A stretch of 32,070 nt of DNA from a virus (Duplodnaviria; Heunggongvirae; Uroviricota; Caudoviricetes): the IMG/VR virus record IMGVR_UViG_3300034045_000104; one strand, written 5' to 3'. Positions within the stretch are counted from its first letter, which is position 1; each line of letters opens with the position of its first letter. The notes under the pieces are model-generated. The model ran no database searches. It saw nothing but the letters and a program-made list of their open reading frames with translations, and was not told the DNA's origin. Below are positions 17,465 to 27,805 of the stretch, piece after piece. The position numbers were made by a program, and so were the translations under genes.

Positions 17465-17678
17465 TCAAGCAGCGACTTTAAATGTACGCGGTTGATTCAC
17501 CTCAACCACTTTAAACTCAGCACCATATTTCTTATTTACCCCACCACAAAAGACACATGCCTTAGATTCATCCATAAAACCCTTAATTTTGAAATAGGGC
17601 TCATATGAATATTTATAACCACGCTTGATGCCCCTAATGAAATAACCGTCCTTTACTGATCGCAGGGCATAATACATA
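17465..17678 (-). pseudogene. 3' fragment of IS3-interrupted gene
   Basis: Removing the IS and one TAT copy joins ...ITVD to MYYALR... in frame. Confidence 0.8.
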
Positions 17679-17708
17679 TGTAATGGTCAAGTTTTATCGG
17701 AGACATTT

Positions 17709-18548
17709 TTAGCCACATTTCCTTAATTCATTAAATTTCTGATTTGGAGTTAAATAATCAATAGCAGAATGTAATCTTTTGTAATTATAGAAATAAATAT
17801 AACTTTCAACTTCTGTAATAACTGCTTCATGATTAATAAACCTCAAATGGTTTAATCGTTCTGTTTTTAAATTTCTAAAAAATCTTTCCATAACAGCATT
17901 ATCCCAACAATTACCTCTGCGACTCATACTCCGAGTTATTTTTAAACCTTCACAATACACGGCAAACATGTTTGCCGTGTATTGTGTGCCTTGGTCAGAG
18001 TGAAACAATAGATTACTTGTGTCTGGTTGCTTTCTATTAATAGCATTGCTTAATGCCGCTTTTGCTAATGTGGCATCGGGTGTTTTTGACAAAGCCCAAC
18101 CAACTATTTCTTTTGTGCCTAAATCAAGTACACTTGCTAGATAACTCCAGCCTTGGTGGTTACGAATATAAGTTATGTCACCAACCCAATGTGTATTGAT
18201 TCTTGATTGTTTAAACTGTCTATCTAGAACATTCTCAATCTTCATATCACATATACCGCTATTGGGGTAATAATGCTTTTTCTTTGGCTTAATCGCCACT
18301 ATTTTAGCCATTTTCATCATGCTGGCTGTTTTATGAAGGCCAATATTGATCCCTTCAAGTTTTAATTGTTGTTGCATACGCCTTTTACCATATGAATGCT
18401 TAGTTTCAATGGCTGTTTGCTTGAGAATTGAGATTATCTTATTCTTTTCCCCTGCAAGTGGCTTTTCCTTTGATTGGTCGTAATAGGTGCTTTGATTTAA
18501 ATCAAAAACATCGCATAATTCCGTGATTGTATATTTAGGATTTGCCAT
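17709..18548 (-). CDS. IS3 transposase OrfB (DDE/rve)
   Basis: WVGDITY, HSDQGTQY, DNAVMERFF motifs; the -1 frame is open from the A6G site to this ATG. Confidence 0.93.
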   Translation of the reverse strand: MANPKYTITELCDVFDLNQSTYYDQSKEKPLAGEKNKIISILKQTAIETKHSYGKRRMQQQLKLEGINIGLHKTASMMKMAKIVAIKPKKKHYYPNSGICDMKIENVLDRQFKQSRINTHWVGDITYIRNHQGWSYLASVLDLGTKEIVGWALSKTPDATLAKAALSNAINRKQPDTSNLLFHSDQGTQYTANMFAVYCEGLKITRSMSRRGNCWDNAVMERFFRNLKTERLNHLRFINHEAVITEVESYIYFYNYKRLHSAIDYLTPNQKFNELRKCG

Positions 18549-18574
18549 CTTAAGTTCTTTGATTTTAATTGCTT

Positions 18575-18880
18575 TTAATCTTCTCGAATAAAGATGGCTG
18601 CAGCCTTTTTTAAGATTTCATTATCTCTTTTAGCTCTCCATAATTGATTTTTTAAACCCTGTATTTCTTGTTGTTCTGCAGTTAATGCTTTCTTACCTTC
18701 AGGGGTATTACCAACAAGTTCATCAAGATATTGTTTCTTCCAACGTGAAACTGCGGTAGAACCAGCTCCTGAAATATCAACAATTTGTTGATTTGTATAA
18801 CTTTCATTAACCATTAATTTGGCATAATCTAATCTTTGTTCAACTGTAAATGACAACCTTTGTTTTCTTTGCTTTGACAT
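18575..18880 (-). CDS. IS3 transposase OrfA (HTH)
   Basis: HTH plus leucine-zipper-like end ...ENEILKKAAA-type (RDNEILKKAAAIF). Confidence 0.9.
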   Translation of the reverse strand: MSKQRKQRLSFTVEQRLDYAKLMVNESYTNQQIVDISGAGSTAVSRWKKQYLDELVGNTPEGKKALTAEQQEIQGLKNQLWRAKRDNEILKKAAAIFIRED

Positions 18881-18943
18881 TTTCTTACCTCGTTTTGTCT
18901 ATTATAAGGCTAAAAATGTCTCCGAGTTTATTAAACCATTACA

Positions 18944-19485
18944 ATATCCACCGTAATATCTTTAGTAGGTTTCTTTATTCTGGGGAAATACTCTTTGCGC
19001 ACTTTAGCTATTTTTGACTCATCAGCACTTAATGTTAACTTGACAGTGTTATCGTCATTACAGCCATCGAGCAACTCAATTAATTGACCTGTTGATTTGA
19101 CCCCAACATCAAAAGGCTCTTTAACATCATGCTCAGCACGGGCAAAAGCCCTAACCGTAACACCAACTTGTGCCAACTGCTCAACTGTTAATGCTTGCTT
19201 GCACCCAACATTAAACAAGTTGCAGTATTGCTTAAAAGACAAGCCCTTACCGTTTTTAGTAAATGTATCACCAACGTCAATATGTGATTTTAAATTGCTT
19301 TTCATCTCTTCATATGTGCCGTATGATTTGTTATTGTCAAATATATAGCGATACACCCACCAATCACGACATCTCTTGCCTGATGCCTCCCATGTATTAT
19401 TAGAACCAGACATTAATAAAGGAATGAACCTACCATCACCTAAATCTATAAACTGCTTTTCATACAAGATTTCAAAACACATCAC
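18944..19485 (-). pseudogene. 5' fragment of IS3-interrupted hypothetical gene (about 250 aa originally)
   Basis: ORF reads into the IS end (last residues IVMV come from the IR). Confidence 0.8.
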
Positions 19486-19533
19486 ATCACCAATATTCTA
19501 TTATTCACAATAATGAATTATAAAAATGCTCAA

Positions 19534-22500
19534 TTATGCCGCTTTGTTTTTATTTGAAACAAATTGATTCATATCCTCCAAATCCCGAACAAATTGATAG
19601 ATGATTGTATCCATATGTAAGAACTCAGTATCAGATAATAGCGGATCACCAAAATCTAAACCCTCGTTAGCTACTTCTCGCTTAAATGCCACCATCTGCT
19701 CTTGATAAATATCAATAGAACCTTCAAGCATTACATATTCGATAGTTACCTTTTTAAGTTGGCCAGGCCTTAATAACCGTGAATAACATTGAGCCTCATT
19801 TTTGTTCAGCCAATCCCTGCCGTAAAAGCAAGCATAGCTTGCTACCTCGACATTTTCCCCCTCGGCCAAGCATTTTTTAGTGGCCAGTAATATATCAATA
19901 TTCCCATTCTTATACTCATCATTAAGCAATTGGGCTCGTTTTGGCGCAGTTATAGCACCAGTATAAACCAATGACTTAAAACCACGTAAAGCTAACATGT
20001 CGTGTAATCTGTTAATCGTATCAGGTGAATCGGCAAATAAAATACATTTCTCCCCATCACCAACCCTTTTTATCAAGCTATCAACACAGTAGCGGTCTTT
20101 AGATGTGGGCTCTGTATGAATGCCAATAACACCACTGTCCTTATTTAATACAAAAGGCTTGTTACAAGCTGCTAATACCGCATTGATGCGAGGCAATATA
20201 CTGTGCATAGATGTAACCTCACCATCTTTTACCTTTTTCATTCTCTCCATCCATACATGCTTAAATTCAGTACATACTTTAAGATAATGCTCTAAATGCT
20301 CATCGTCCCAAGACAAATAAGTATTAATTACCTCAGGTTTTGGCAAATCAACATGCTTAACGCAATCAGGCTCACTTGTAACCCTGCGCTTCATAAATGG
20401 AGCCAATAACTGTCTATATTCACCAACATTACGAATCTGGGGGATCTCTCTTTTTGCCCCTTCATCCATGGTATCTGAAAACATATTTGTAACCCATTTC
20501 ATAGTTACAAACATATCCATAAACTCTTTATTCGAGCTAAATGAGTCATTCATGTTATTAACATGATGAGGCATTAAATGCCCATGTAAACCCCAGGGCA
20601 TATGCGAGCACCCGTCACCCGCACAGGCAATTAACAATGGCAATATATTGCGTGCTTGATTGGGAATAGGGGTGCCAGTCATAAGAATTAATTTCTTAGC
20701 ACTTAATTGTCTTACCGCCCTTGATTGTAAGGTTGACGTGTTACTCAATAAATGCGCTTCATCGGCCAACACAAGCCCACAACGGCGCCTTAAATGATTG
20801 GCATACGTCTTGTTAGGCTTTGTTCTATCAGGCAAGCAAGAAAGACGTGAATAACTTACAATGTTGATCTTTTTTAAGTTGTTTACCGTTTCCAATGAGT
20901 CAATAACATTAACATCATTAATATCAATATAATCTGACAAATCCTCTTTTATTTGTCTTATAAACTCGAACACTAATTTTGACATAACAACGATCAAGCC
21001 ATGCTTTACATTAGCTAGCAATATAGAGGCTAATATTTGCCTAGTCTTACCCAAGCCCATTTGAGCACCTAATATTGAACCTACTGGACTAAGCGTCAAC
21101 TCACAAATGTCATCCAATTGAAATTTCCAAAGCCATTTTTGAAGCAGAAGTTTTTTAGCCCGGGCATTTATCTCATGATGCAGCTCAGGGAATGCAGCAC
21201 TCTTGCCTTCATACTTGGCAATCCATTTACCACCTTCACCTTTTTGAACCATTTCAAAGTTATCATAAATATATTTTTCAGATAATTTATATTCAGCACC
21301 TTCACAGCTACAATAAAAAATCCCTTGGCGCTCAACCACGTCTATAAACTCACCTTTGTTTATAACTGGCGATATAAAAGAATCCTCCTCAATTAAAACA
21401 TCAACTTTAGCTCTGTACTTGGATTCAGAAATTGTGTTTTCATCAACATAGACAATATGACGCATAGGCTCCACAATCCTTGCCATCTTCCTTGCTCTTT
21501 TCTTAATGTAGTTTATAAGCCCATCATCAACAGTAACAACAGCTCCCGTACTTGAAATTATATTAACTAAATTCTGATAAATAGACATCACAGGATCAGT
21601 TTGCATTAAATGTAACTCACAGTCCAAACGGCCTTGGCCAACATACTTAACATGTTTAGCTAATTTCATTTTGTCATCACATGACTTTGCTGACTTAACA
21701 TAAACGGCATTTAAAACTTTAGCTTGCATTAATCCACATTTAAAACCTAAAATTATTTTACGTCCATTATGCGCCACCCTTACTGATTTATCACCAGTTA
21801 CAGGCATCGTTATTATTGGCTTTGAGAAACTTAATCCACGCTTAGAAATTGAGCAACTACCCATATACTCAGACAACTTTAAGACAGGGTAATTAGATAC
21901 CTTAAAATCTGCATTAACTTTCTCACGAATCATCCCGTCAGTAAATCTATTAAATACACACACAGATGTTTTAACCAAGGCGCCTTGTTCACTAAAGGCA
22001 TTAACTGGCAAGTCATAAATAGCACGTAGATTTTTATCTGTTAACTCAAGCTTGTTGGCAAAATTGGTTGGCAGAACTGCTATAACAATATTTGAAACAC
22101 TCTTTGCCTGTGCTAAAGCATACTCATGGCTTAGCGCACTGGAATTTGGGCCATATTCGCCATAATGATTACAACCAAGATTTTTTAAATGTGGCGATTC
22201 AAGGCTCAAGCTAAATGGTGGATTAATTAGCGAAAAATCAAATCTATCTTTTGAAAACGAAATATTTTCCATGCCAGAATTTATAATATCATAATCAAAA
22301 TCAGCAGCGCTTAAAGCGTCACATAAAGCATCCACGGACTCACCGTGAATATCACATCCAAATAAATGATGTTTTTGAGGGTCAGCCAACCAAAACAGCG
22401 AGCCAACCGCGCAGCTATTGTCCATCAAGGATATCTTACTTCTCTGTGCGTAGCCTTCACTTGATTCAATAATATCCCAGCACAAACGCTGAATATCATT

Positions 22501-22620
22501 TGTTGTAAAAAACTGAGATAAAGTTTTCTTTCGCACCTTATGCAAATTACCAAGACTACCAGGACGTTCAGCTTGTGAACCAAGCGACTTTATATTTGTT
22601 AGATTTTCATACCAAGACAT
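19534..22620 (-). CDS. N6-adenine methyltransferase-SNF2 helicase fusion
   Basis: QFFT, MDNSCAVG, NPPF MTase motifs; GAQMGLGKT, DEAH, MTGTP and QCYSRLLRPGQ helicase motifs. Confidence 0.85.
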   Translation of the reverse strand: MSWYENLTNIKSLGSQAERPGSLGNLHKVRKKTLSQFFTTNDIQRLCWDIIESSEGYAQRSKISLMDNSCAVGSLFWLADPQKHHLFGCDIHGESVDALCDALSAADFDYDIINSGMENISFSKDRFDFSLINPPFSLSLESPHLKNLGCNHYGEYGPNSSALSHEYALAQAKSVSNIVIAVLPTNFANKLELTDKNLRAIYDLPVNAFSEQGALVKTSVCVFNRFTDGMIREKVNADFKVSNYPVLKLSEYMGSCSISKRGLSFSKPIITMPVTGDKSVRVAHNGRKIILGFKCGLMQAKVLNAVYVKSAKSCDDKMKLAKHVKYVGQGRLDCELHLMQTDPVMSIYQNLVNIISSTGAVVTVDDGLINYIKKRARKMARIVEPMRHIVYVDENTISESKYRAKVDVLIEEDSFISPVINKGEFIDVVERQGIFYCSCEGAEYKLSEKYIYDNFEMVQKGEGGKWIAKYEGKSAAFPELHHEINARAKKLLLQKWLWKFQLDDICELTLSPVGSILGAQMGLGKTRQILASILLANVKHGLIVVMSKLVFEFIRQIKEDLSDYIDINDVNVIDSLETVNNLKKINIVSYSRLSCLPDRTKPNKTYANHLRRRCGLVLADEAHLLSNTSTLQSRAVRQLSAKKLILMTGTPIPNQARNILPLLIACAGDGCSHMPWGLHGHLMPHHVNNMNDSFSSNKEFMDMFVTMKWVTNMFSDTMDEGAKREIPQIRNVGEYRQLLAPFMKRRVTSEPDCVKHVDLPKPEVINTYLSWDDEHLEHYLKVCTEFKHVWMERMKKVKDGEVTSMHSILPRINAVLAACNKPFVLNKDSGVIGIHTEPTSKDRYCVDSLIKRVGDGEKCILFADSPDTINRLHDMLALRGFKSLVYTGAITAPKRAQLLNDEYKNGNIDILLATKKCLAEGENVEVASYACFYGRDWLNKNEAQCYSRLLRPGQLKKVTIEYVMLEGSIDIYQEQMVAFKREVANEGLDFGDPLLSDTEFLHMDTIIYQFVRDLEDMNQFVSNKNKAA

Positions 22621-22701
22621 TTTTAAATTCCAATATATTTAATATTAAATAATTATAGATTGGCACTAAAACCAAGCAATAACCCACAATTCTAGGACCT
22701 A

Positions 22702-23199
22702 TTAAATTATGACAACCCGAACATCAAACTCCTCATGCACTTCATTAACATCCACCTCAGACAAAACCACCTTTACTTTCAATTCTCTTTGAAGTTCAAA
22801 CAATGCAGTTTCTTCATTTCCATATTTTTCAATTGCCATGTTCCAATCAATAGCATCAACCTCATAATGAATGACCTCATCTGCTGATGCATTGAAATTG
22901 CGTGATTTTTGAATTACTACTTTAGATGGTTCCGAACACCGACTATCAGACCCATCTAAATTATTCGCTATTGACAGATATGCAACCTCAATACCCTCAA
23001 GATAAGCAGAATCAGAAACATCAATACCCGCACAGAAATGAGCCAATATAATAGATTCAAGCCCATCAACAGCGGCATTAAATTCCAAATTATCAGCAAT
23101 ATCAGACTCTTTCATATCTGATGATATACAAGCACCTCCAATATCTGATTTATCAAAGTCTAGCTCGATGCCAAAACAACCAAGTTTTAAATTATTCAT
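22702..23199 (-). CDS. Hypothetical protein (165 aa)
   Basis: Co-oriented ORF with GAGG SD. Confidence 0.7.
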   Translation of the reverse strand: MNNLKLGCFGIELDFDKSDIGGACISSDMKESDIADNLEFNAAVDGLESIILAHFCAGIDVSDSAYLEGIEVAYLSIANNLDGSDSRCSEPSKVVIQKSRNFNASADEVIHYEVDAIDWNMAIEKYGNEETALFELQRELKVKVVLSEVDVNEVHEEFDVRVVII

Positions 23200-23257
23200 A
23201 AATTATCCTCATAAAATCTCAATAGAATCAATAATAAGAACGCGTGAAAATCAAAAA

Positions 23258-23644
23258 TCACAATACTCCGTGAAGATCTTCACCAGGCTCAAAATATGCC
23301 CAATTAAAATAAACATCCAAATCATTTTCATCAATCAACTCCTTAATTCTGGACACGATACCAGTTGGCGGGCTCCAAGGTGTATCGAAATCAAACTCCA
23401 TACTTTCATCAGAATGGTGCAATTCTCTATAATCACTTACATCACTAACAGAACATTTAACACCCCAAGCCTCAACAACATGGCTATACAGCTCCGAATT
23501 CTCTTTACCTGACACATCGCCAAGCGGAACAATTTTATGGAAATCAAGCACGCCACCCTTACCACAAATTAGCTTTTTTAAAACTCCAATATCGGTATTG
23601 TTTCTACATCTAAAAATAACTTTGTTTTCGCACATATTAGCCAT
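23258..23644 (-). CDS. YubB/DUF1281-like ferredoxin-fold plasmid protein
   Basis: MANMCEN..LDFHKIVP..WGVK..FDTPWSPP pattern. Confidence 0.7.
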   Translation of the reverse strand: MANMCENKVIFRCRNNTDIGVLKKLICGKGGVLDFHKIVPLGDVSGKENSELYSHVVEAWGVKCSVSDVSDYRELHHSDESMEFDFDTPWSPPTGIVSRIKELIDENDLDVYFNWAYFEPGEDLHGVL

Positions 23645-23654
23645 TTATATACTC

Positions 23655-24353
23655 CTATAGCATCAATAATTTTAAAATAGATTTAAGATGTGAATTAAAT
23701 TTCCCATCAATAAGACCCTTCATGAAGTCTACAAAATACCCCGAAACAGCATCACTGGACTTATCTTTAATACCTGCTCCAACAGAATTAAATACTCGGC
23801 CCATTAACCCTGAAAAAGAACTATCTTTTAACCCATGCTTGCGCAGAAACAACACAACACTCTCTTGTTCGGACTCACTCAAGACCGCCTTAAGCAATCC
23901 CACTGCACCAACATGAGACAACTTAACAACATTGGGAGAAAAGCTTCCATCTGAATAATGACCTGATTCTCTTAACTTGTGTTTTATGTGATCTAAAAGT
24001 AGGGGACTTGCGATATCAAAAGCAAATGTAGACCCGTGATTAATAACAATAGGTTTCTTTAGTTCTTTTCTCAATAAATCATCAAGCTGTCTTGAAGTAG
24101 TGTTACGTACTTCAAGTGCATAAATCAAATTTCGAGCCTTGGCATTGGTCATCTTTAATTTTCTAACCAACTCATATACATCTAAATGCTCACTCAATAG
24201 GCCAATCTTTTGCATGAGAACAACCACCATTAGATCAACTTCTGATTTCGGCAAAGATGAAAATGCAGGTGTTGTGTAAGATTCTAGAAAGTCACTAATT
24301 CCATCTGCTAACTTCAACTTACCCATTTTAAAAACTTTATCTCTAATACTCAT
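23655..24353 (-). CDS. Hypothetical protein (232 aa), possible HTH
   Basis: Long ORF; FSSLPKSEVDL..YELVRKLKMT..KARNLIY segment. Confidence 0.7.
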   Translation of the reverse strand: MSIRDKVFKMGKLKLADGISDFLESYTTPAFSSLPKSEVDLMVVVLMQKIGLLSEHLDVYELVRKLKMTNAKARNLIYALEVRNTTSRQLDDLLRKELKKPIVINHGSTFAFDIASPLLLDHIKHKLRESGHYSDGSFSPNVVKLSHVGAVGLLKAVLSESEQESVVLFLRKHGLKDSSFSGLMGRVFNSVGAGIKDKSSDAVSGYFVDFMKGLIDGKFNSHLKSILKLLML

Positions 24354-24574
24354 ATCATCACCATTTTTATTAAAACATTATAAAAAAACTATAAACTCAC
24401 AATTTACGAATTAAACACCAGCTTCATAAAAATGAATTATTGAATTTAACCACCCCATCGCTTAGAATCAAGGCAGGCAACGAGCCACGGTATTAAAATA
24501 ATAGATCGCATAGGTCATATTCATCAAAAAAAGAATAACAAATTGAGCTATGCGTAATAATAAAAAGCACAATT

Positions 24575-27500
24575 ATGCATATTACAGAATTACAGATTAG
24601 CAAAGCTCTGGGAGAATCAACGTATTCTATTGGAAAATTAATTTATGAGGCTAAACCAATATTCGAACACGAAATTGAAAAAGGAAATGGTGGGAAATTA
24701 GTATTTACATCCAAGCTTTCACAAGAGGATCAGACAACAGAACAACGAATCGAGATTACCCCCCATAATAATGAAATTATAATAAATGGCGAATGCTCCT
24801 GTTTAGATATGTTTGATTGCAAACATGTGGCCGCTGCTTGCATCGCTCTTAGCAACGTAGAAAAAAAACCATCTATTGAGAAAAAAACGAATCCAGTTAA
24901 GCCCAAAGATGCTGTGAATTCATGGTTAAAGACACTAACACCAAATACCAAACCCCCAGACCCACAATTATCATTAAGCTTTGCTCAAGAAAGAATTATA
25001 TATCGCATTTGTGAAGATGGGATGAAGCAAGACATATGTATTTATCACATAGGTTCAAATCAACGCTGCCAACTACAAAGCACTAACCAGCTCAATTCAT
25101 TAAACAATATAAACCAAATATTAAATACAGATGACGCAAATACTTTGGCAATACTGCACAATGCGAATCATGAGGCGCAATCTATACTAAACGGAGAGTT
25201 TGGATATTTACTCGCTACATCATTACTGAAAACAGAAAAATGTTATTATAAATCATCTCCCAAACCATTAACGCTTAGCAAAATACCGCTTCCTTTAATG
25301 TTTCAATGGAAAAAAGGAACCGATAAAACGCTATGGCTTGTTTCAAATATAAAACTAGCCCGTTACCACATATTACAAACCACTCCTTTGCTTATAATAG
25401 ACTCAACCACAAATGTTATATCGCAACTTAGTGGCCAATATGATTATGCTACCATTCAAAAACTAATAAACATACCACCAATACCAGAGGCCCAAGCCAA
25501 AGGAGTATATGATACCCTTCTCGATAATTTCCCAAAAATTAAAATCCAACTTCCTGAAATCCAAACTACCGATACTATTAAGCAACTGCCAACTCCTCAC
25601 TTGAAGCTTTATAGTACGAAATCCAACAAAAGCCATAAATTCATTCAGTATGAAATTTATTATGACAAGCACAGAGTTGAACCGTACAAAAGAAATGAAA
25701 CCGAAATTATAGAGAATAAAGATAATAAAACAATAATAATTAGAAGTCTTGAGAGTGAAGATAAATCACTAGACATCATTAAAAACTGTGGCTTTATAGA
25801 AATAATAGACACCGATAAACCATTAGAATCACATATGATTGACTTAACAATATCATATGACATGCCACCACAAAAAGCTCTTGGAATATGGAGCCAATTT
25901 ATGCAATCCACCATACCACACCTTAAAGCATTGGGATGGGTAATTGAGATTGACGAAAGTTTTAATATGGAATTTACTGAAACATGCCAGATGATGGTAG
26001 ACAGCAGTAAAGATGATGATGGCTGGTTTTCACTTACATTTGATATCGAGATAAACGGCAATAGAATTCAATTAGTGCCGTTATTGACCAGTATATTTTC
26101 AGAATATGATAGCATTAAGGCACTACCTGAGACATTGATACTAGAGCACGAACCAAATAAGTATATTGAGATAAAAACAAAAGAAATTACACCTATTATT
26201 AATACTATTTATGAGCTTTTAGATAAAACCCAAAAAGACGGCAGCTTTAAAATCAAAGCATTTGATGCGCTTCTTGTAGACGCAGAATTATTACAATACA
26301 CATCATGGACAGGCACTAAAGAAATTATAAAACTTTCTGAAAAGCTTTCAAATCATAAAAAAATAGAAACTGTTAAGCCCCCAAAATCATTATCTCTACC
26401 GTTAAGAGATTATCAGCACACAGGATTTAACTGGATGCACTTTTTGAACGACTACGGGTTTTCTGGGATTTTAGCTGATGATATGGGCCTTGGAAAAACA
26501 TTTCAAGTGCTCTCGTTATTGTTAAAATTAAAGGAAGAGGGCAAGCTTAACAAGCCAGCCATTATAATTGTACCAACATCACTTGTAACAAATTGGGAGA
26601 TGGAAAACCAAAAATTCACACCTACATTAAAATTGCTCGTTCTTTATGGCAAAGATAGAAATAGTGACTTTGATAAAATTAACGAATATGACATAATTAT
26701 TACTACATATGGCCTGATAACAAGAGATCAAGATACGCATCAGACTATCCAATATTCATACGCCATATTAGATGAAGCCCAAGCGATAAAAAATCACAAA
26801 GCCATAACTACAAGAAATATCTGTAAGATAAATAGCGTGCATCGCATCGCCATGAGTGGCACTCCAATAGAAAACCACTTGGGAGAACTGTGGTCGCTCT
26901 TTAATTTTTTAATGCCAGGCTACCTTGGCACAATTCAAGGGTTCAATACAACATTTAGAAAACCAATTGAAGATAATGAAGATGTTAAAAAACAACAATT
27001 ACTCAATAAAAAAATAAATCCATTTGTTTTACGAAGAGATAAAAAAGAGGTACTAAAAGAAATGCCAGAAAAAACTATAAAAACGACTTATATTGAATTT
27101 GGTCCAGAACAGGCAAAACTTTATGAATCAATTAAACTAACCACGCAGCAAGAAGTCATTAAGCTAATTAAAAATAAGGGTAACAAAGCATCAATACAAG
27201 TTCTAACTGCAATTATGCAACTAAGACAAACCTGTTGTGATCCTAGACTTTTAAACCTGAAGAGAAACAAATTAAAATCTAAAAAATCAGCTAAAACAGA
27301 AGCCATTCTTCTACTAATCAAAGAAATACAAGAACAAAAAGGCAAGGTGATTATTTATTCATCATTTAAATCAATGCTCTTACTTCTTGAACCGTATCTT
27401 AAAAAAAACAAAATAAGGTATTCAATGATTACCGGTGGTACAATTGACCGAGGAAAACAAATATCTGATTTCCAAAATGGAAAAACTGACATAATACTCA

Positions 27501-27805
27501 TTACAAAAGCTGCCAGCAGTGGTGTAAACCTTACTGAAGCTAATCATGTGATAATAATTGAACCCTGGTGGAATCCAGCCGTTGAATCACAAACAATCGA
27601 CAGAGCGCATAGAATGGGGCAAAAAAGGCATGTTACAGTTCACAAACTCATCGTTAAAAACACAATTGAAGAAAATATCCTGGTGATGCAACAAAAAAAG
27701 CAATCACTACTAGATAATATGTATGAAGGAAACAAACAAGCTCAAAAAATGAAATTGACAGGCAATGATTTGAAGGAATTGCTAGGAATAAGTCAGGCAT
27801 CATGA
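24575..27805 (+). CDS. SWIM zinc-finger SNF2/SWI2 helicase
   Basis: CSC..DCKH SWIM; LADDMGLGKT, DEAQ, SGTPIEN, QTIDRAHRMGQ. Confidence 0.93.
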   Translation: MHITELQISKALGESTYSIGKLIYEAKPIFEHEIEKGNGGKLVFTSKLSQEDQTTEQRIEITPHNNEIIINGECSCLDMFDCKHVAAACIALSNVEKKPSIEKKTNPVKPKDAVNSWLKTLTPNTKPPDPQLSLSFAQERIIYRICEDGMKQDICIYHIGSNQRCQLQSTNQLNSLNNINQILNTDDANTLAILHNANHEAQSILNGEFGYLLATSLLKTEKCYYKSSPKPLTLSKIPLPLMFQWKKGTDKTLWLVSNIKLARYHILQTTPLLIIDSTTNVISQLSGQYDYATIQKLINIPPIPEAQAKGVYDTLLDNFPKIKIQLPEIQTTDTIKQLPTPHLKLYSTKSNKSHKFIQYEIYYDKHRVEPYKRNETEIIENKDNKTIIIRSLESEDKSLDIIKNCGFIEIIDTDKPLESHMIDLTISYDMPPQKALGIWSQFMQSTIPHLKALGWVIEIDESFNMEFTETCQMMVDSSKDDDGWFSLTFDIEINGNRIQLVPLLTSIFSEYDSIKALPETLILEHEPNKYIEIKTKEITPIINTIYELLDKTQKDGSFKIKAFDALLVDAELLQYTSWTGTKEIIKLSEKLSNHKKIETVKPPKSLSLPLRDYQHTGFNWMHFLNDYGFSGILADDMGLGKTFQVLSLLLKLKEEGKLNKPAIIIVPTSLVTNWEMENQKFTPTLKLLVLYGKDRNSDFDKINEYDIIITTYGLITRDQDTHQTIQYSYAILDEAQAIKNHKAITTRNICKINSVHRIAMSGTPIENHLGELWSLFNFLMPGYLGTIQGFNTTFRKPIEDNEDVKKQQLLNKKINPFVLRRDKKEVLKEMPEKTIKTTYIEFGPEQAKLYESIKLTTQQEVIKLIKNKGNKASIQVLTAIMQLRQTCCDPRLLNLKRNKLKSKKSAKTEAILLLIKEIQEQKGKVIIYSSFKSMLLLLEPYLKKNKIRYSMITGGTIDRGKQISDFQNGKTDIILITKAASSGVNLTEANHVIIIEPWWNPAVESQTIDRAHRMGQKRHVTVHKLIVKNTIEENILVMQQKKQSLLDNMYEGNKQAQKMKLTGNDLKELLGISQAS

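Larger units (their letters stand above)
17679..18943 (-). mobile_element. IS3-family insertion sequence
   Basis: 36-bp imperfect terminal IRs TGTAATGGT..TCGGAGACATTTTTAGCC (17679-17714, 18908-18943); 3-bp TSD ATA; AAAAAAG -1 frameshift site at 18611-18605. Confidence 0.95.
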
